Shown here: positions 13,141 through 23,889 of the stretch, in pieces
Layout of the letters: every line of letters starts with the position of its first letter
Position numbering within the stretch: position 1 is the first letter of the stretch
NCBI RefSeq assembly: GCF_009914755.1
Contig: NC_060926.1
Length of the DNA: 64,000 bases
Origin: the human T2T-CHM13v2.0 reference genome, Homo sapiens
Strand: one strand, 5' to 3'
Translations under genes and position numbers: made by a program
Notes under the pieces: generated by a model
What the model saw: the letters and a program-made list of their open reading frames with translations, nothing else
Databases searched by the model: none
What the model was told of the DNA's origin: nothing

Positions 13141-13704
13141 GAGAGTTGCCCCTCCATGTTCCTTCCCAATAGGAGGCTGGCCTGAGAACCTGGCCAGGCC
13201 CCCTCTCCTCAGGCCCCTCTGTCCCAACCATTGCATTGCCTCCCTGCCCTTCCAGAATTGGGCAGCCTCAGGCATGACAGGACCAAGGTTTGGGGCAGCA
13301 GGCTTGATTTGAGGGGCCTGCTCGCAGACAAGCCCCTCAATCTTTATTCCTTTCAGCCAGGAAATTCTCCAATGGCTCCCTTCTTGAATGGAAACCACTG
13401 GAGTAAAAAAGTCTTCTGTAAAGTAAATAACACAGACCAGAGGTAGTACTATGACCACCAGTGAGTGCATCTGTCTGAGGCGCTGGTCAGCATACAGGAC
13501 AGAGTGTGAAATGGGCAGGACTCCACAGCCCCAGGGACAGGCAGCCTGGCTTCCAGATCAGTGTATTCCAGAGCAAGCCACTCCCTCTTCAGTAGCCTCA
13601 GTGTGTTTTTCACTCTTTCAAACTTTAAGACTCTTATTAACAAGTCCATGCAGTTTGTGAGCTTGAAAAAATCTCTCTATATATAAAGGTGGAGTTTTGG
13701 TGGG

Positions 13705-15142
13705 GTTTTGTTTGTTCACTGTTTTGTGGGTTGGGATTTCAGGAGGGCTAAACCAAGCAGCTCTACTTTGGAGATCTCTATGGGGGGGAAGCCGCCCCCA
13801 ATATTTCAACATAGGTTCTTTCTATTTTCCAAAAGTGTCGGCCTGCTGAGAAATAAAGAGAAAGAGTACAAAGAGAGGAATTTTACAGCTGGGCTGCCGG
13901 GGGTGACATCACATATCGGTAGGACCATGATGCCCACCTGAGCCACAAAACCAGCAAGTTTTATTAAGGATCTCAAAAGGGGAGGGGGTGCAAGAACAAG
14001 GAGTAGGTCACAAGATCACATGCTTCAAAGGGCAAAAAGGAGAACAAAGATCACATGCTTCTGAGGAAACAGGACAAGGGCAAAATCAGAAACTCCTGAT
14101 AAGGGTCCAACAAAGATAACAAGGCAAAGGGCAAAAGCAAGGATCACAAGGCAAAGGGCAAAAGCAGAACTAATGATAAGGTTCTATGTTCAGTGGTGCA
14201 CATATTGTCTTGATAAACATCTTAAACAACAGAAAACAGGGTTCGAGAGCAGAGAACCAGTCTGACCTCAAATTTACCAGGGTACAGTTTTTGTTTTTTC
14301 CCCACCCTAACAAGCCTGAGGGTACTGCAGGAGACCAGGGTGTATTTCAGTCCTTATTTCAACTGCATAAGACAGATACTCCCAGAGTGGCCGTTTATAG
14401 GTCTCCCCCAAGGAATGCATTCCTTCCCCAAGGTATTAATTATTAATATTCCTTGCTAGGAAAAAAATCTAGCAATATCTTCCTTACTTGTACATCTTCT
14501 TGCAGAGGCTCTCTGCAAGAAGAAAAATATGGCTCTATTTTGCCCGACCTTGCAGGCAGTCAGACCTTATGGTTGTCTTCCCTTGTTCCCTGAAAATAGC
14601 TGTTATTCTGTTCTTTTTCAAGGTGCACTGATTTTATATTGTTCAAACACACATGTTTTACATTCAATGTGTACAGTTAACACAATTATCACAGTGGTCC
14701 TGTGGTGACGTACATCCTCAGCTTACGAAGATAACAGGATTAAGAGATTAAAGTAAGACAGACATAAGAAATTATGACAGTATTATTTGGTAACTGGTAA
14801 ATGTCCATGAAATTTTCACAATTTATGTTTCTCTGCCACGGCTCCAGCCAGTCCCTCCATTCGGGATCCCTGACTTCCTGCAACAGGTCTCAAGTCAGGT
14901 TACAAAACTCAGAGGTTTGCCCAGGTTGAAGTCATCCAAAGGTTCAACTGTGTTGGATGGCCCAGCTGGCCCATTCAAAAGGCTGGTGGTTGATGCTGGC
15001 TGTCTATGGTGAGCTCAGCCTGGGCTGTCACAGGAGTGCCTACCCACAGCCTCCACCTGTGGCCTGGGCTTCCTCACAGCATGGCAGTCTTGGGTCATTA
15101 GATTTCTTACATGGCCGACCTCAGCTCCAAAAGCAAGTATTA
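13705..15142 (-). mobile_element. MLT1G/H-like MaLR LTR split by MER11 (pieces ~13705-13778 and 14886-15142)
   Basis: ggttgatgctggctgtc...gagctcagcctgggctgtc...gggcttcctcacagcatggc...ttcttacatggc. Confidence 0.7.
13779..14885 (-). mobile_element. MER11 solo LTR (HERV-K11/HML-8)
   Basis: Minus strand begins TGTTGCAGGAAGTCAGGGATCCCGAATGG and ends ...GTTGAAATATTGGGGGCGGCTTCCCCCCCATA; internal agatcacaaggcaaagggcaaaag repeats; 6-bp TSD gatctc/ggtctc. Confidence 0.92.
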
Positions 15143-16388
15143 CAACCTGTCAAGCTTTCCTTGATTAAAACTCTTTCAAATGTCAACTCCACAAGATGTG
15201 AAAGAATTGAAGGCTTTAAAAACATCATGTTTGCTGTCACTAAAAAGAAAAGTATATGAATAAACACAAAATGAAAACCCTGTGCTACATAGATAATGCT
15301 TAGAGCTCTAGTTACTGTGTCAACAGTTTTGTATTGGACGACCTCAGCTCCAACCTCTTTTGTTCACATCTTATTGCTAGAATCTCATATTTGTTAGTCC
15401 TTGCTGGCTGTCCACAGGGGCTAATGGTAGAAAAAGCCAACAATTCCTCAGCTCTGCCCTAGTCAGTCTTGGCAGAGGACTTGTTTTCAGCTGCTGAGGC
15501 ATTTTTCTCTTTGTCCTCATAATTTAGGGCTTGAAGGCATCTGCAAGATGATCCTGGCAGTAATGGTGAGGAGGCTGCTGACCCAGGCTCCTGTCTCCTT
15601 GGCTGTCTTTATCTGTGTCTCTGCTGCTTGGCTGGCTACCTACCAGGGGTCCTGTGGAATAGTGGTCGTAGTCTGGACACACACATCTTGTGTCTTCCAG
15701 TTGTCTTGCTTGTTCTGCTGCCAGCTATTGTCAACCCTTTCACCATAGCTTCCCGCTCAGGAGGGCTGGGATCCTGGGGTCAGTGCTCACTGGGTGTCCA
15801 CATGTTGGGAGGTAGGGACAGCTACCTGAAGTGAAGCAGGAAGGCATTATTGAAGCTGGCCTCCTGGTGCACACCCCCATTCCTCCTTGCTTTTCTCACT
15901 CTCATCTTTCTGGTTGTTCTGTTAGTGTGATGTGAGGAGTCCTTTTTACCACAGTTATGTGCATTTTACCTGTTGCTACCAGGAAACTCCCCACCTGGGC
16001 CCCTCACCTGCTCCTTGGCAATACCCAACCTCTCAGATCCTCCTGCATGGTCAACAGACATCCTTAGCACTTTTTCCTATTAGCCAGGGTATAGATGCAT
16101 CTTGCTCATGAAATCCCGTTGTTCCCACATTGGGCCATGTTACTGGGTCCTATCTTTTTTTGTGATGACCTTCTGGTCTCCGCTGGCCGCCCCGGTGATG
16201 TGTGCCTCCTGTCTGGGAGCTGACTTGGCCTGGTGGACTTCTGGACCTCAGCCTCTTGGCTTATGGTGGCATTGATGGTAGCAGCCTGTGACAATAGTGC
16301 TTCCAGGGTGTGAAGTATTTAGGGAATCGGGCAGCAGTGGGGCCACACAATGCTTTTTGGGGTTCTCACTCCTTCTTGCTACCAGTCT
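15143..16388 (-). pseudogene. YBX1: Ancient full-length processed pseudogene of Y-box binding protein 1 (YBX1); CDS-equivalent ~16264-15444
   Basis: Minus strand follows recalled YBX1 mRNA collinearly: 5'UTR (GACTGGTAGC...CCCCACTGCTGCC); start GCCACCATAAGCCAAGAGGCTGAGGTCCAG (~MSSEAETQ, ATG>ATA); GGAGACCAGAAGGTCATC (~GDKKVI); ACCAGAAAGATGAGAGTGAGAAAAG (~YQNSESGEK); GGTCAGCAGCCTCCTCA (GQQPPQ); GGGCAGAGCTGAG (~GGAE); 3'UTR AAATATGAGATTCTAGCAATAAG...GAACAAAAGAGGTTGGAGCTGA...GCATTATCTATGTAGCA. No introns; many frameshifts and deletions. Confidence 0.85.
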
Positions 16389-16391
16389 GCT

Positions 16392-16465
16392 TTCTCGGCC
16401 TCAATCTCTTCATCTATTAAATAGGGCTCCTGGACTAGAGGACCTCCTCGGTTATGCCCCAATGA
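16392..16465 (+). mobile_element. MIR3-like fragment abutting the retrocopy 5' end
   Basis: ggcctcaatctcttcatctattaaataggg...tggactagaggacctc. Confidence 0.5.
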
Positions 16466-17361
16466 TGCTATAAAGTGAGCTTATCAGGTATAAAGCCTCT
16501 GCCCAGGTAGGACTGACCAAAGGGCAGATGGACCAGCCACTTCCTCACCATTCCCAACTTCTTGGTCAGCCTAATCCAGCCTGCAGACACAGCCTCCTCT
16601 GATATAAGCTTGACTGTTCCAGGAGTGTGGTGATCCACAACATATACCAAGACTTAACCATTACAGCTTTGTATATCATGCCCAGAACTAAGACCCAGAA
16701 ACCTACCCCCAGCCTTCCCTGCCCTCAGTGGATGGTGGCATTTCTGTAAAGGGCACAGTTGGCCAAAGGTTCCTCCAAGGACCTTGACAGACAAACGATA
16801 TCCACAAGGGGTGCTGGAGGAGCAGAGAGGGATGGGAACCCTGCAAGGTGACTGCAGCTCACACCCTATATGCATAAGGAACACCCATTTGGAAAGCTTT
16901 GGTTGAGGTGGGCAAATGCAGAAATGGGCAAAACCTGGGACTTAGAGAAAGCTATGCTGATGTGACAGCATTAGCGTTTGCAGACTGGGCCCACACTGGG
17001 TTACCTGAGTAACGCCAAAGCCCCATCAGGGACCGAGGGGGTCACTGTTAAAGGGGCAGATGTTGGGTGCAATGCAGAATGCTGGATGAGAATAGAATCC
17101 ATCAGAGTATGGGAATTAGGGGGCAAAGCAAGAGCTCTAGCTTTAACTGTCTTGGAGTGAAAAGGGAAAAAGAAAAGCAAGCAGAGAAAATATTCCTTCT
17201 TGCTCCAGAAAGGACAATGGCGGGGAAATGGCCCTGCGGTCAAAGAAAAACCCAAGAAAAGGAAGAAATCAGGGAAGCCCAAGGCATTGGAAACTGCAGG
17301 AGTTGGTGTGGCTGCTGAAGGGCTGGCAGGATTTCCATTAACAGTGCATTTTACATAAGAG

Positions 17362-17563
17362 TTTACCAATAGAGTTTTCTGTGATGATGGAAATGTCCCA
17401 TGTCTGTCCTGTGTAATACAGTAGCCTCAGCCACATGTAGCTACTGAGCACTTAAAATTTGGTCAGTGCAACTGAGAAACTGAAATTTTATTTTTACGTA
17501 ATTTTAATGGACTTAAATCTATATATCTACATTGGCTAGTGGCTACCTTATTGGACAGCATAG
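17362..17563 (+). mobile_element. MER3 (hAT-Charlie) DNA transposon
   Basis: ccaatagagttttctgtgatgatggaaatgt...tggctagtggctaccttattggacagca. Confidence 0.8.
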
Positions 17564-17609
17564 AAATAATGGATTTGTTTCAAACATATAAAACAATATC
17601 ATCTCTTGT

Positions 17610-18095
17610 ATTGAAAAGAGGTGTTCAAATGAAAACTCGTACATGGGTGTTCATAGCAGCACTATTCATAACATCCAAAAGGTGGAAGCAACCCAGTGGC
17701 CATCAACAAATGAGTGGATAAGCAATGTAATATGTATATGCAATGGAGTATTATTCAGCCATAAGAAAGGAACAAGTACTAATGACAACATGAATGACCC
17801 TTGAACATACTATGCCAAGTGAAAGAAGCCAAACACAAAAGACCACATATTATATGATTCTATTTATATGAAATGTCCAAAATAGGCAAATCCAAATAGA
17901 ACGTAGAATAGTGGTTGCCTGGGGCTGGGGAGGAGGAATTGTGGAATGACTGCTAATGAGTATGGTGTTTCCTTTTGGGGATGGTGAAAACATCTTGGAA
18001 CTGGAGAGAGGCAAGGCCACACAACACTGTAAATGTACTAAATGTCACTAATGAGTAAATTTTATGCTATGTGCATTTTACCACAATAAAACAAA
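17610..18095 (+). mobile_element. L1MB7/8-like 3' end
   Basis: gaaagaagccaaacacaaaagaccacatattatatgattctatttatatgaaatgtcc...cattttaccacaataaa. Confidence 0.8.
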
Positions 18096-18181
18096 ACGAA
18101 ACAAAAACAAAGAAACAAATATTATCTCTCTTTATTCCTTTGGAAAGGGGAATGACGTTCTCTGGCCTCCCTTGAATTTAA

Positions 18182-18296
18182 TTTTCTTCTTCTTTTCCTT
18201 CCTTCCTCCCTTTCCTTTCCTTTCCTTTCCCTTTCCCTTTCTTTCTTTTCTTTCTTTCTTTCTTTTCTCTCTTTTCTTACTTTCTTTCTTTCTTTT

Positions 18297-18328
<32 letters not shown>

Positions 18329-18590
18329 TTTCCTTTCCTTTCCTTTCTTTCTTTCTTCCCTTCTTTCTTTCTTTCTTCCCTTTTTTGAGACAGGGTCTCA
18401 CTCTGCCACCCAGGCTGCTAGAGTGCAGTGGTGTGAACATGGCTCACTGTCTTCTTAACCTCCCAGACTCCAGCAATCCTCCCACCTCAGCTTCCTGAGT
18501 ACCTGGGACCATAGGCACAAAAATCCACACCTGGCTGGACTTCAAAAAAAAAAAATTGTACAGACGGAGTGTTGCTATATTGCCCAGGTT
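18182..18590 (-). mobile_element. AluJ (5'-truncated) with an expanded (TTTC/TTCC)n tail at 18182-18386
   Basis: gagacagggtctcactctg...agcaatcctcccacctcagc...gttgctatattgcccagg. Confidence 0.85.
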
Positions 18591-19489
18591 CTCAGTGGAA
18601 TTTTGTCCCCAAGGCATGTTTGGCTTTTTGCCATTTTTCCCCCACCCTCGAGGGCAGAGTATATCACTCAGAGGTGAAGCTGAGCTGCTATCTCCAGTGG
18701 GGCTGGGAAGCGCTTGGTGAGAGGCGTACAGTGATGGGAGTGGAACAAGCCCCCCAGGTAAGGCCTTCCTGGTCCTCCCAGGAACATTTTGGTAGCCATG
18801 GACAGGCTGGCAGCTTGGCCCTACCTGAGAGTTTGAGGCACACCTCTCCCCGGACATGGGGAGCACGTGGGCACTCCTGTGCTCTGATGAAGGGAACTGT
18901 GGTGAGATGATTAACAGCCTTCCAGCCCTGCCCCCGTAGAGGGAGAGTGCATGCCTATTAATCAGTGGTGAGTGCTCTTTGCTCAGACATCTATTCTCCT
19001 GTGGAGTGGTCCACAGTGTTCATCGAGGATGCTGCATGGAGCTCCTAACCTTTTCCCAGCAGTCTGCTGGGAACCCTGCCTCCCTTCACGTCCAAGGTGC
19101 TGGCCAAAAGGACAAGGTACCGTCTTCACCATGGGATGCCACTCAAGAAGTGGTGTGGTTCAGAGATGACCCAAATGAGAGCACACTCCTGGCCCCCAAA
19201 AATCAATATTCACTGTTGGGACCACCACAGGAGAGACCTCTCCCCACCTGCCAAATAAAATCAATTGTGAAGTCACCTGGCCAAAAGAGGAAACTAGGAC
19301 ATATGAGAAAGGGGAAACGTGGTCTCTGGAGGAAGCACAGAACTCAGAGGTGGATCAGGGTCCCAGGTTTTGTCCTCTATGCTGCTACCAAGCCCTGCGT
19401 CCCCAGGCTGTCATGCCACCTGTAAGTCTCCGAGTCTGTCAGTGTGGCTAGGGAGGCAGTACTGCTCCACCCACAAGACTTACAAGAGC

Positions 19490-19700
19490 AAGAGTTTCAA
19501 GTCAGACAGCGCTGAGTGCAAATTTCAGCTCTGCCAGTTGCTAGCTCTTCAACCTTTGATAGGTCACTCGATCTCCCTAAGATTGTTTCCACACCTGGGA
19601 AATGGGTAGAAGAAAACCTACTTGACAGAACTGTTAGGAATATCAAGTGACATAATGGCCTATGAAACCATCAGCACATTCCTGGCCCTTAGTAAGACAA
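19490..19700 (+). mobile_element. MIR
   Basis: gtcagacagcgctgagtgcaaatttcagctctgcc...agcacattcctggcccttagtaag. Confidence 0.7.
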
Positions 19701-19948
19701 GCCCAAGTAATTATACCTAACATTATAATCGTGTATACTGTCAAATAACTCTAGATGGAAAAGCTGTTTCAAAATGTGTGTCCTGTTTCACCAGGGTGAA
19801 GTGGTGGAAAGAGGACTGGGAGGGGAATCAGAGGACATGGGAGTGAGTCCTGGTTCTGTGAATGACTACCTTTCACTGCTTTTTAAAATCCTGTGCTCCT
19901 TCTTGGGTTTGTAAAATAGATGCAGACTGTTCAAGAAATGGGCCCCAG

Positions 19949-20181
19949 AGAACATCACATACCGGGGCCGGTGGGTGGGTGGGGGGTTGGGGGAGGGATA
20001 GCATTAGGAGAAATACCTAATGTAAATGACGAGTTGATGGGTGCAGCCAACCAACGTGGTACATGTATAACTATGTAACAAACCTGCACTTCGTGCACAT
20101 GTACCCTAGAACTTAAAGTATAATAAAAATAAACAAACACATATGATATTCACTATTGTTAAAAATCTCAAAAAAAGAAAA
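19949..20181 (+). mobile_element. 5'-truncated L1PA5/6-like insertion with short 3' transduction
   Basis: L1PA 3'UTR (gggatagcattaggagaaatacctaatgtaaatgacgagttgatgg...ccctagaacttaaagtataat); perfect 16-bp TSD aagaaatgggccccag at 19933-19948 and 20182-20197. Confidence 0.92.
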
Positions 20182-20505
20182 AAGAAATGGGCCCCAGCAA
20201 CCCAGGAGAGTCTTTGGGTGGGCCCTGAGGGGTGCTCTGCTAATTGCCCAGAATGTGGGTCCACCCCTCTCTGGCTGACCTCACCTGCCCCAGCTTTCTG
20301 TCTGCCTGGACCCCACCGCTCTCCTCCCCACCCCTTGCTCAGATCTTGGATACGTGTCTGTGGGTGTGCCCCCAGCTCCCTTTCTTGGGATCCTGTGGCC
20401 TTTTCCTCTGGCTTCATCAGCTCAGTTATGGGAGGAAGGCTGTCTCCTTTCCCACAGCCCATCCTGCAGGACTAGACCAGCGAGGCCAACACCCAGCTTG
20501 TCCAC

Positions 20506-20889
20506 AGCTATCCTTTGAATGTTTGTGCCCCCTGCAAAATTCATGCTGAAACTTAATCCCCAATGCAACCATCCTAAGGGGTGGGAACTTTAGAAAGTGA
20601 TTATACCATGAGAGATGGGATTAGCATCTTATAAAAGGCTGGAGGAAACTAGCTAGGCCCCTTTTCATCTTTCTTTTCCTTCTGTCATGTAAGGACAAAG
20701 CATTCGTCCCCTCCAGAGGATGCAGTAATAAGACACCATCCTGGAAGCAGAGAGCAGCCCTCACCACACACCAAACCTGCTGGCACCTTGATCTTGAACT
20801 TCCAGCCACCAGTAAGAAATAAATTTCTGTTATTTGTAAATTACCTACTCTCAGGTATTTTATTATAGCAGTAGGAACAGATTAAGACA
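20506..20889 (+). mobile_element. MSTD/MLT1A-like MaLR solo LTR
   Basis: tttgaatgtttgtgccccctgcaaaattcatgctgaaacttaatcccc...agaaataaatttctgtt...attaagaca. Confidence 0.85.
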
Positions 20890-21460
20890 CCCATGCTAAA
20901 ATTAGGATGAGTCCGTTTCCCCACCCATAAAATAAGGATGTTGAGTCAGATGCTCTTGAAGGTTCCCTTCAGCTTTCACATTTTGTGGTCCTGGCTCTTC
21001 TTATTGGTGTATAGAGGACTTTTGTTGTTGTTCTTCTTCTGTAAAATGCAACCTGTGAATGCAACCAAGAGACAGGTGGCTGTAAAGGTATGAGTTGCGC
21101 TGGGGGAACTGAAACCCCGGATTAATTAAATCTTCTCCAAGTGTCTCCCATTTATCTCACCCCCACTAACTTTTGGGCCTGTCGATTGTGAGAACACTGA
21201 GCCGCAGAATTGAAGCAAGATGATCCCCAACCAAGTCATCAGCTGACTGCTCCACCCTGGGGTGGGGGTGGGGGGGGCTGCTAGGAGTTGGGGGGAGCAG
21301 GGGCCAGGGCTGGAGATGGTCAAAGCAGAGACCCTTCTGAAGCAGCCTCCTAAGGGTGGAAAGTGAGACATTGCCAGTGAGCCTTCCCTAAAGGCACCAT
21401 CTGGCTGCCCCTACCCCAGGTGTCAGAGCCCCTGAGGTGTATTCTATAGCACGAACAGCT

Positions 21461-21672
21461 CTAGCTGCACTCTCTATCCAGTGGCTGCTAGTCACAAGTG
21501 GTTATTTAAATTTCAAAGATTAAAATTGAATTCAATTTTTAAATTCATTTCCTCAGTAAAATTAGCCCTCTTTCATGGGTTCAGTAGCCAGCTGTGGCTA
21601 TTGGCTACCATACTAGACAGCACTAATAGGAAACATTCCCTTCATCACATTGGAATGTGTATGGCACTGCTC
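21461..21672 (-). mobile_element. MER3-like hAT element
   Basis: gctagtcacaagtggttatttaaatt...gtagccagctgtggctattggctaccatactagacagcac. Confidence 0.7.
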
Positions 21673-22329
21673 AGAGCGTAGGAAAGGAGGCAACAAATTT
21701 CCCTGGCATGAGAAAATGCTGAAGATGGACGTAACAAGACACCCTGAGGTCATACCTCAGTTCACTCTGAAGATGTGCTAGCATGTCTTACAATGTCCCA
21801 AACCTCCTATTGGACTCCAGTGGGCAGAGGGGTCAGGCTGTTCTATTAAATGGGGAGCTGTCCTAAATGTCAATATCAACTCAGGATGGTCCCTGAAACC
21901 TCAGGCAGTTTCCTGTCTTATGGAGCTCTCCATAAGATGGAAGTGGGGGATTGGTGGGAGATGGCAACTTGCATTTTTTTTTAACATTATCTGCATGCCA
22001 GGAGTTCTGCTAGATGTTTCACATGTTTATTTAGTCCTTACAACCAATCAGTGAGATGAGGTAAGTTGCCGTCCTCCCTAATGGCTCCTTGAGATCAGGG
22101 ACTGCTGAGTTAATATTTGCCAAGTTCTTAGATTACTGCCTGCAACACCGTTAAGTGCCATACAAGTGTTTGTGAAGAAAGAATCCACAGAATTCAGCTT
22201 TCGGTGTTCCAAGCAAGTTAGTGGCAGAGTAGTGGATAAAATCCAGCCCATGTCAGCTCTCCAAGGCTCTTTCTGTTACACCATTGGCTTGGAAGTCTGA
22301 CAAAGAGGACATCAGGTTTTTTTTTTGGA

Positions 22330-22750
22330 CATCTTATCTCATTCTCTCTTCCTAATAGCATTCTGACTTTCTTTTGGGAAGCCACTATTTCCTACTTTGG
22401 ATAGTGCTGGAAATCTATAAACTGTGGTGCCCTACCCTGTCCTGACCAAGAGACAGGAGTTAAGCCAATGAGACTCTCTTTTAGGACTTTGAATCCTGAG
22501 CCCAAAGACACAGTGTCGGAAAGCCTTGTGGGAGCTCCCTTGCCCCAGCATCAGTGCCTGGCAGAGAGTTGTGCAGGTTCTGCTGCGAGGATCCCCAGAG
22601 CTGGCCTGCTGTCATATGCTCTGTTTTTAGCCTGGTTCTCCAGCTTCCTGAACGTCTTTGAGCTGCCTGATAGCCTTCATTTGATTCCCTTTTTGATAGA
22701 ATGGCAAGAGTTGTTTGCTTTGGCTTACAATCAAAGAAGCTTGACTGACC
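22330..22750 (+). mobile_element. Old ERVL/MaLR LTR (subfamily uncertain)
   Basis: 3' end ttccctttttg...ttgtttgctttggcttacaatcaaagaagcttgactga resembles old MLT1/LTR33-type termini. Confidence 0.5.
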
Positions 22751-22914
22751 CTCCTTGAAAGGAACACAAAGTCACAGCCCTGAAAAAGAATTGCTGGGAG
22801 GAACATGGAGATGAAAGAAACTAGAGTGGAAAAGAGACTTGGGTCTCAACAGCCATTTTTCTATCCCTGAATGATCCCAAATGATTCTTCGTGGAAAAGC
22901 AGAGGTGTTGAAGA

Positions 22915-23342
22915 GTGATGCGATAAATAGGGCAATTGGCCCTAATTCTTCACCCTCCCTATGTCCACATTCTTTGTCATGTGATTTTGCAATTCCTCCC
23001 ACCAGAGGTGAAGTATATTTTTCCACTTCTTGAATTTGGCTGTGTGACTCTCTTCTCCAAAGATACACTGGTGAACATGATGCAGGCAGAGGTTTGAAAT
23101 ATGCTGGTATATTTAAGCTGGCCCTCTTGTGCTCCTGCAGCTGCAATGAGAATGGCATGCCCAAGACCTGTGGAGCAGATCTGGACCCAGTAGATTCCTA
23201 GAATCACCTGTGGAGCCTGAGCTCAGCAGAACTCAGCTAACCTACAAATAAAAGAGTGAAAGTAAATGCTTATTTTTTTAAGCCACTGACTTTTGGAGTT
23301 GTTTGTTATGCAGCATTATTATTGCAATAGCTAGCTGATACA
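22915..23342 (+). mobile_element. MLT1H/I-like LTR
   Basis: catgtgattttgcaattcctcccacc...taagccactgacttttggagttgtttgttatgcagcattattattgcaatagctagctgataca. Confidence 0.8.
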
Positions 23343-23394
23343 GGCAGACTGTAAATCAAGGTGCTAAAGTCCTCTGATAAACAGTAGCATAATT

Positions 23395-23620
23395 ATAAAT
23401 AATAATTACAATAACCTTTTATTAATCCTGTTTCAGGTACTGGGTATTCACTTTGCATGTGCCATTTCATCTATCCATCACAAGCAACATTGCATTGGTG
23501 CTATTATTTTCATTTTATAGACAAAGACCCTGAGGCTCAGACTCGATGAGTGACTGATAAACCTCATACATAGCAGATGGCAGGGCTGAGCTTCAAAGCC
23601 AGCTGTGTCTATCTCTGCTT
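23395..23620 (-). mobile_element. MIR
   Basis: cattttatagacaaagaccctgaggctcag...ggcagggctgagcttcaaagccagc. Confidence 0.7.
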
Positions 23621-23889
23621 ACTGTGGCTTTAATCCCTCTCCACTCCTCACCCCACTCCACTGCTTCCCATGGCTCTGCCACTGGATTTAGATGCCTCTA
23701 CTCAGTTCAGCCCAAGTATGATATATATACAATTTTAGGCCCAAGAATTTTATCTCAGGAACTAGTAGAAGGCAACACAAGTGTTTGGAGTGTGCTGCAT
23801 TTCTCATTAAGAATTTGTAGCCAATTGTTTAATAATAGGAAAAGACCCTGAGTTTCATTTTCTACATTCTGTCTACATTCATGATTAAA

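Noticed and set aside
13990-14185. Spaced short direct repeats (aagatcaca...) superficially like a CRISPR array
   Set aside because: They are the internal tandem repeats of the MER11 LTR; eukaryotic DNA with no cas genes.
18979-19425. 148-aa ORF in unique DNA
   Set aside because: Non-ATG start, no family resemblance, length compatible with chance in GC-moderate sequence.
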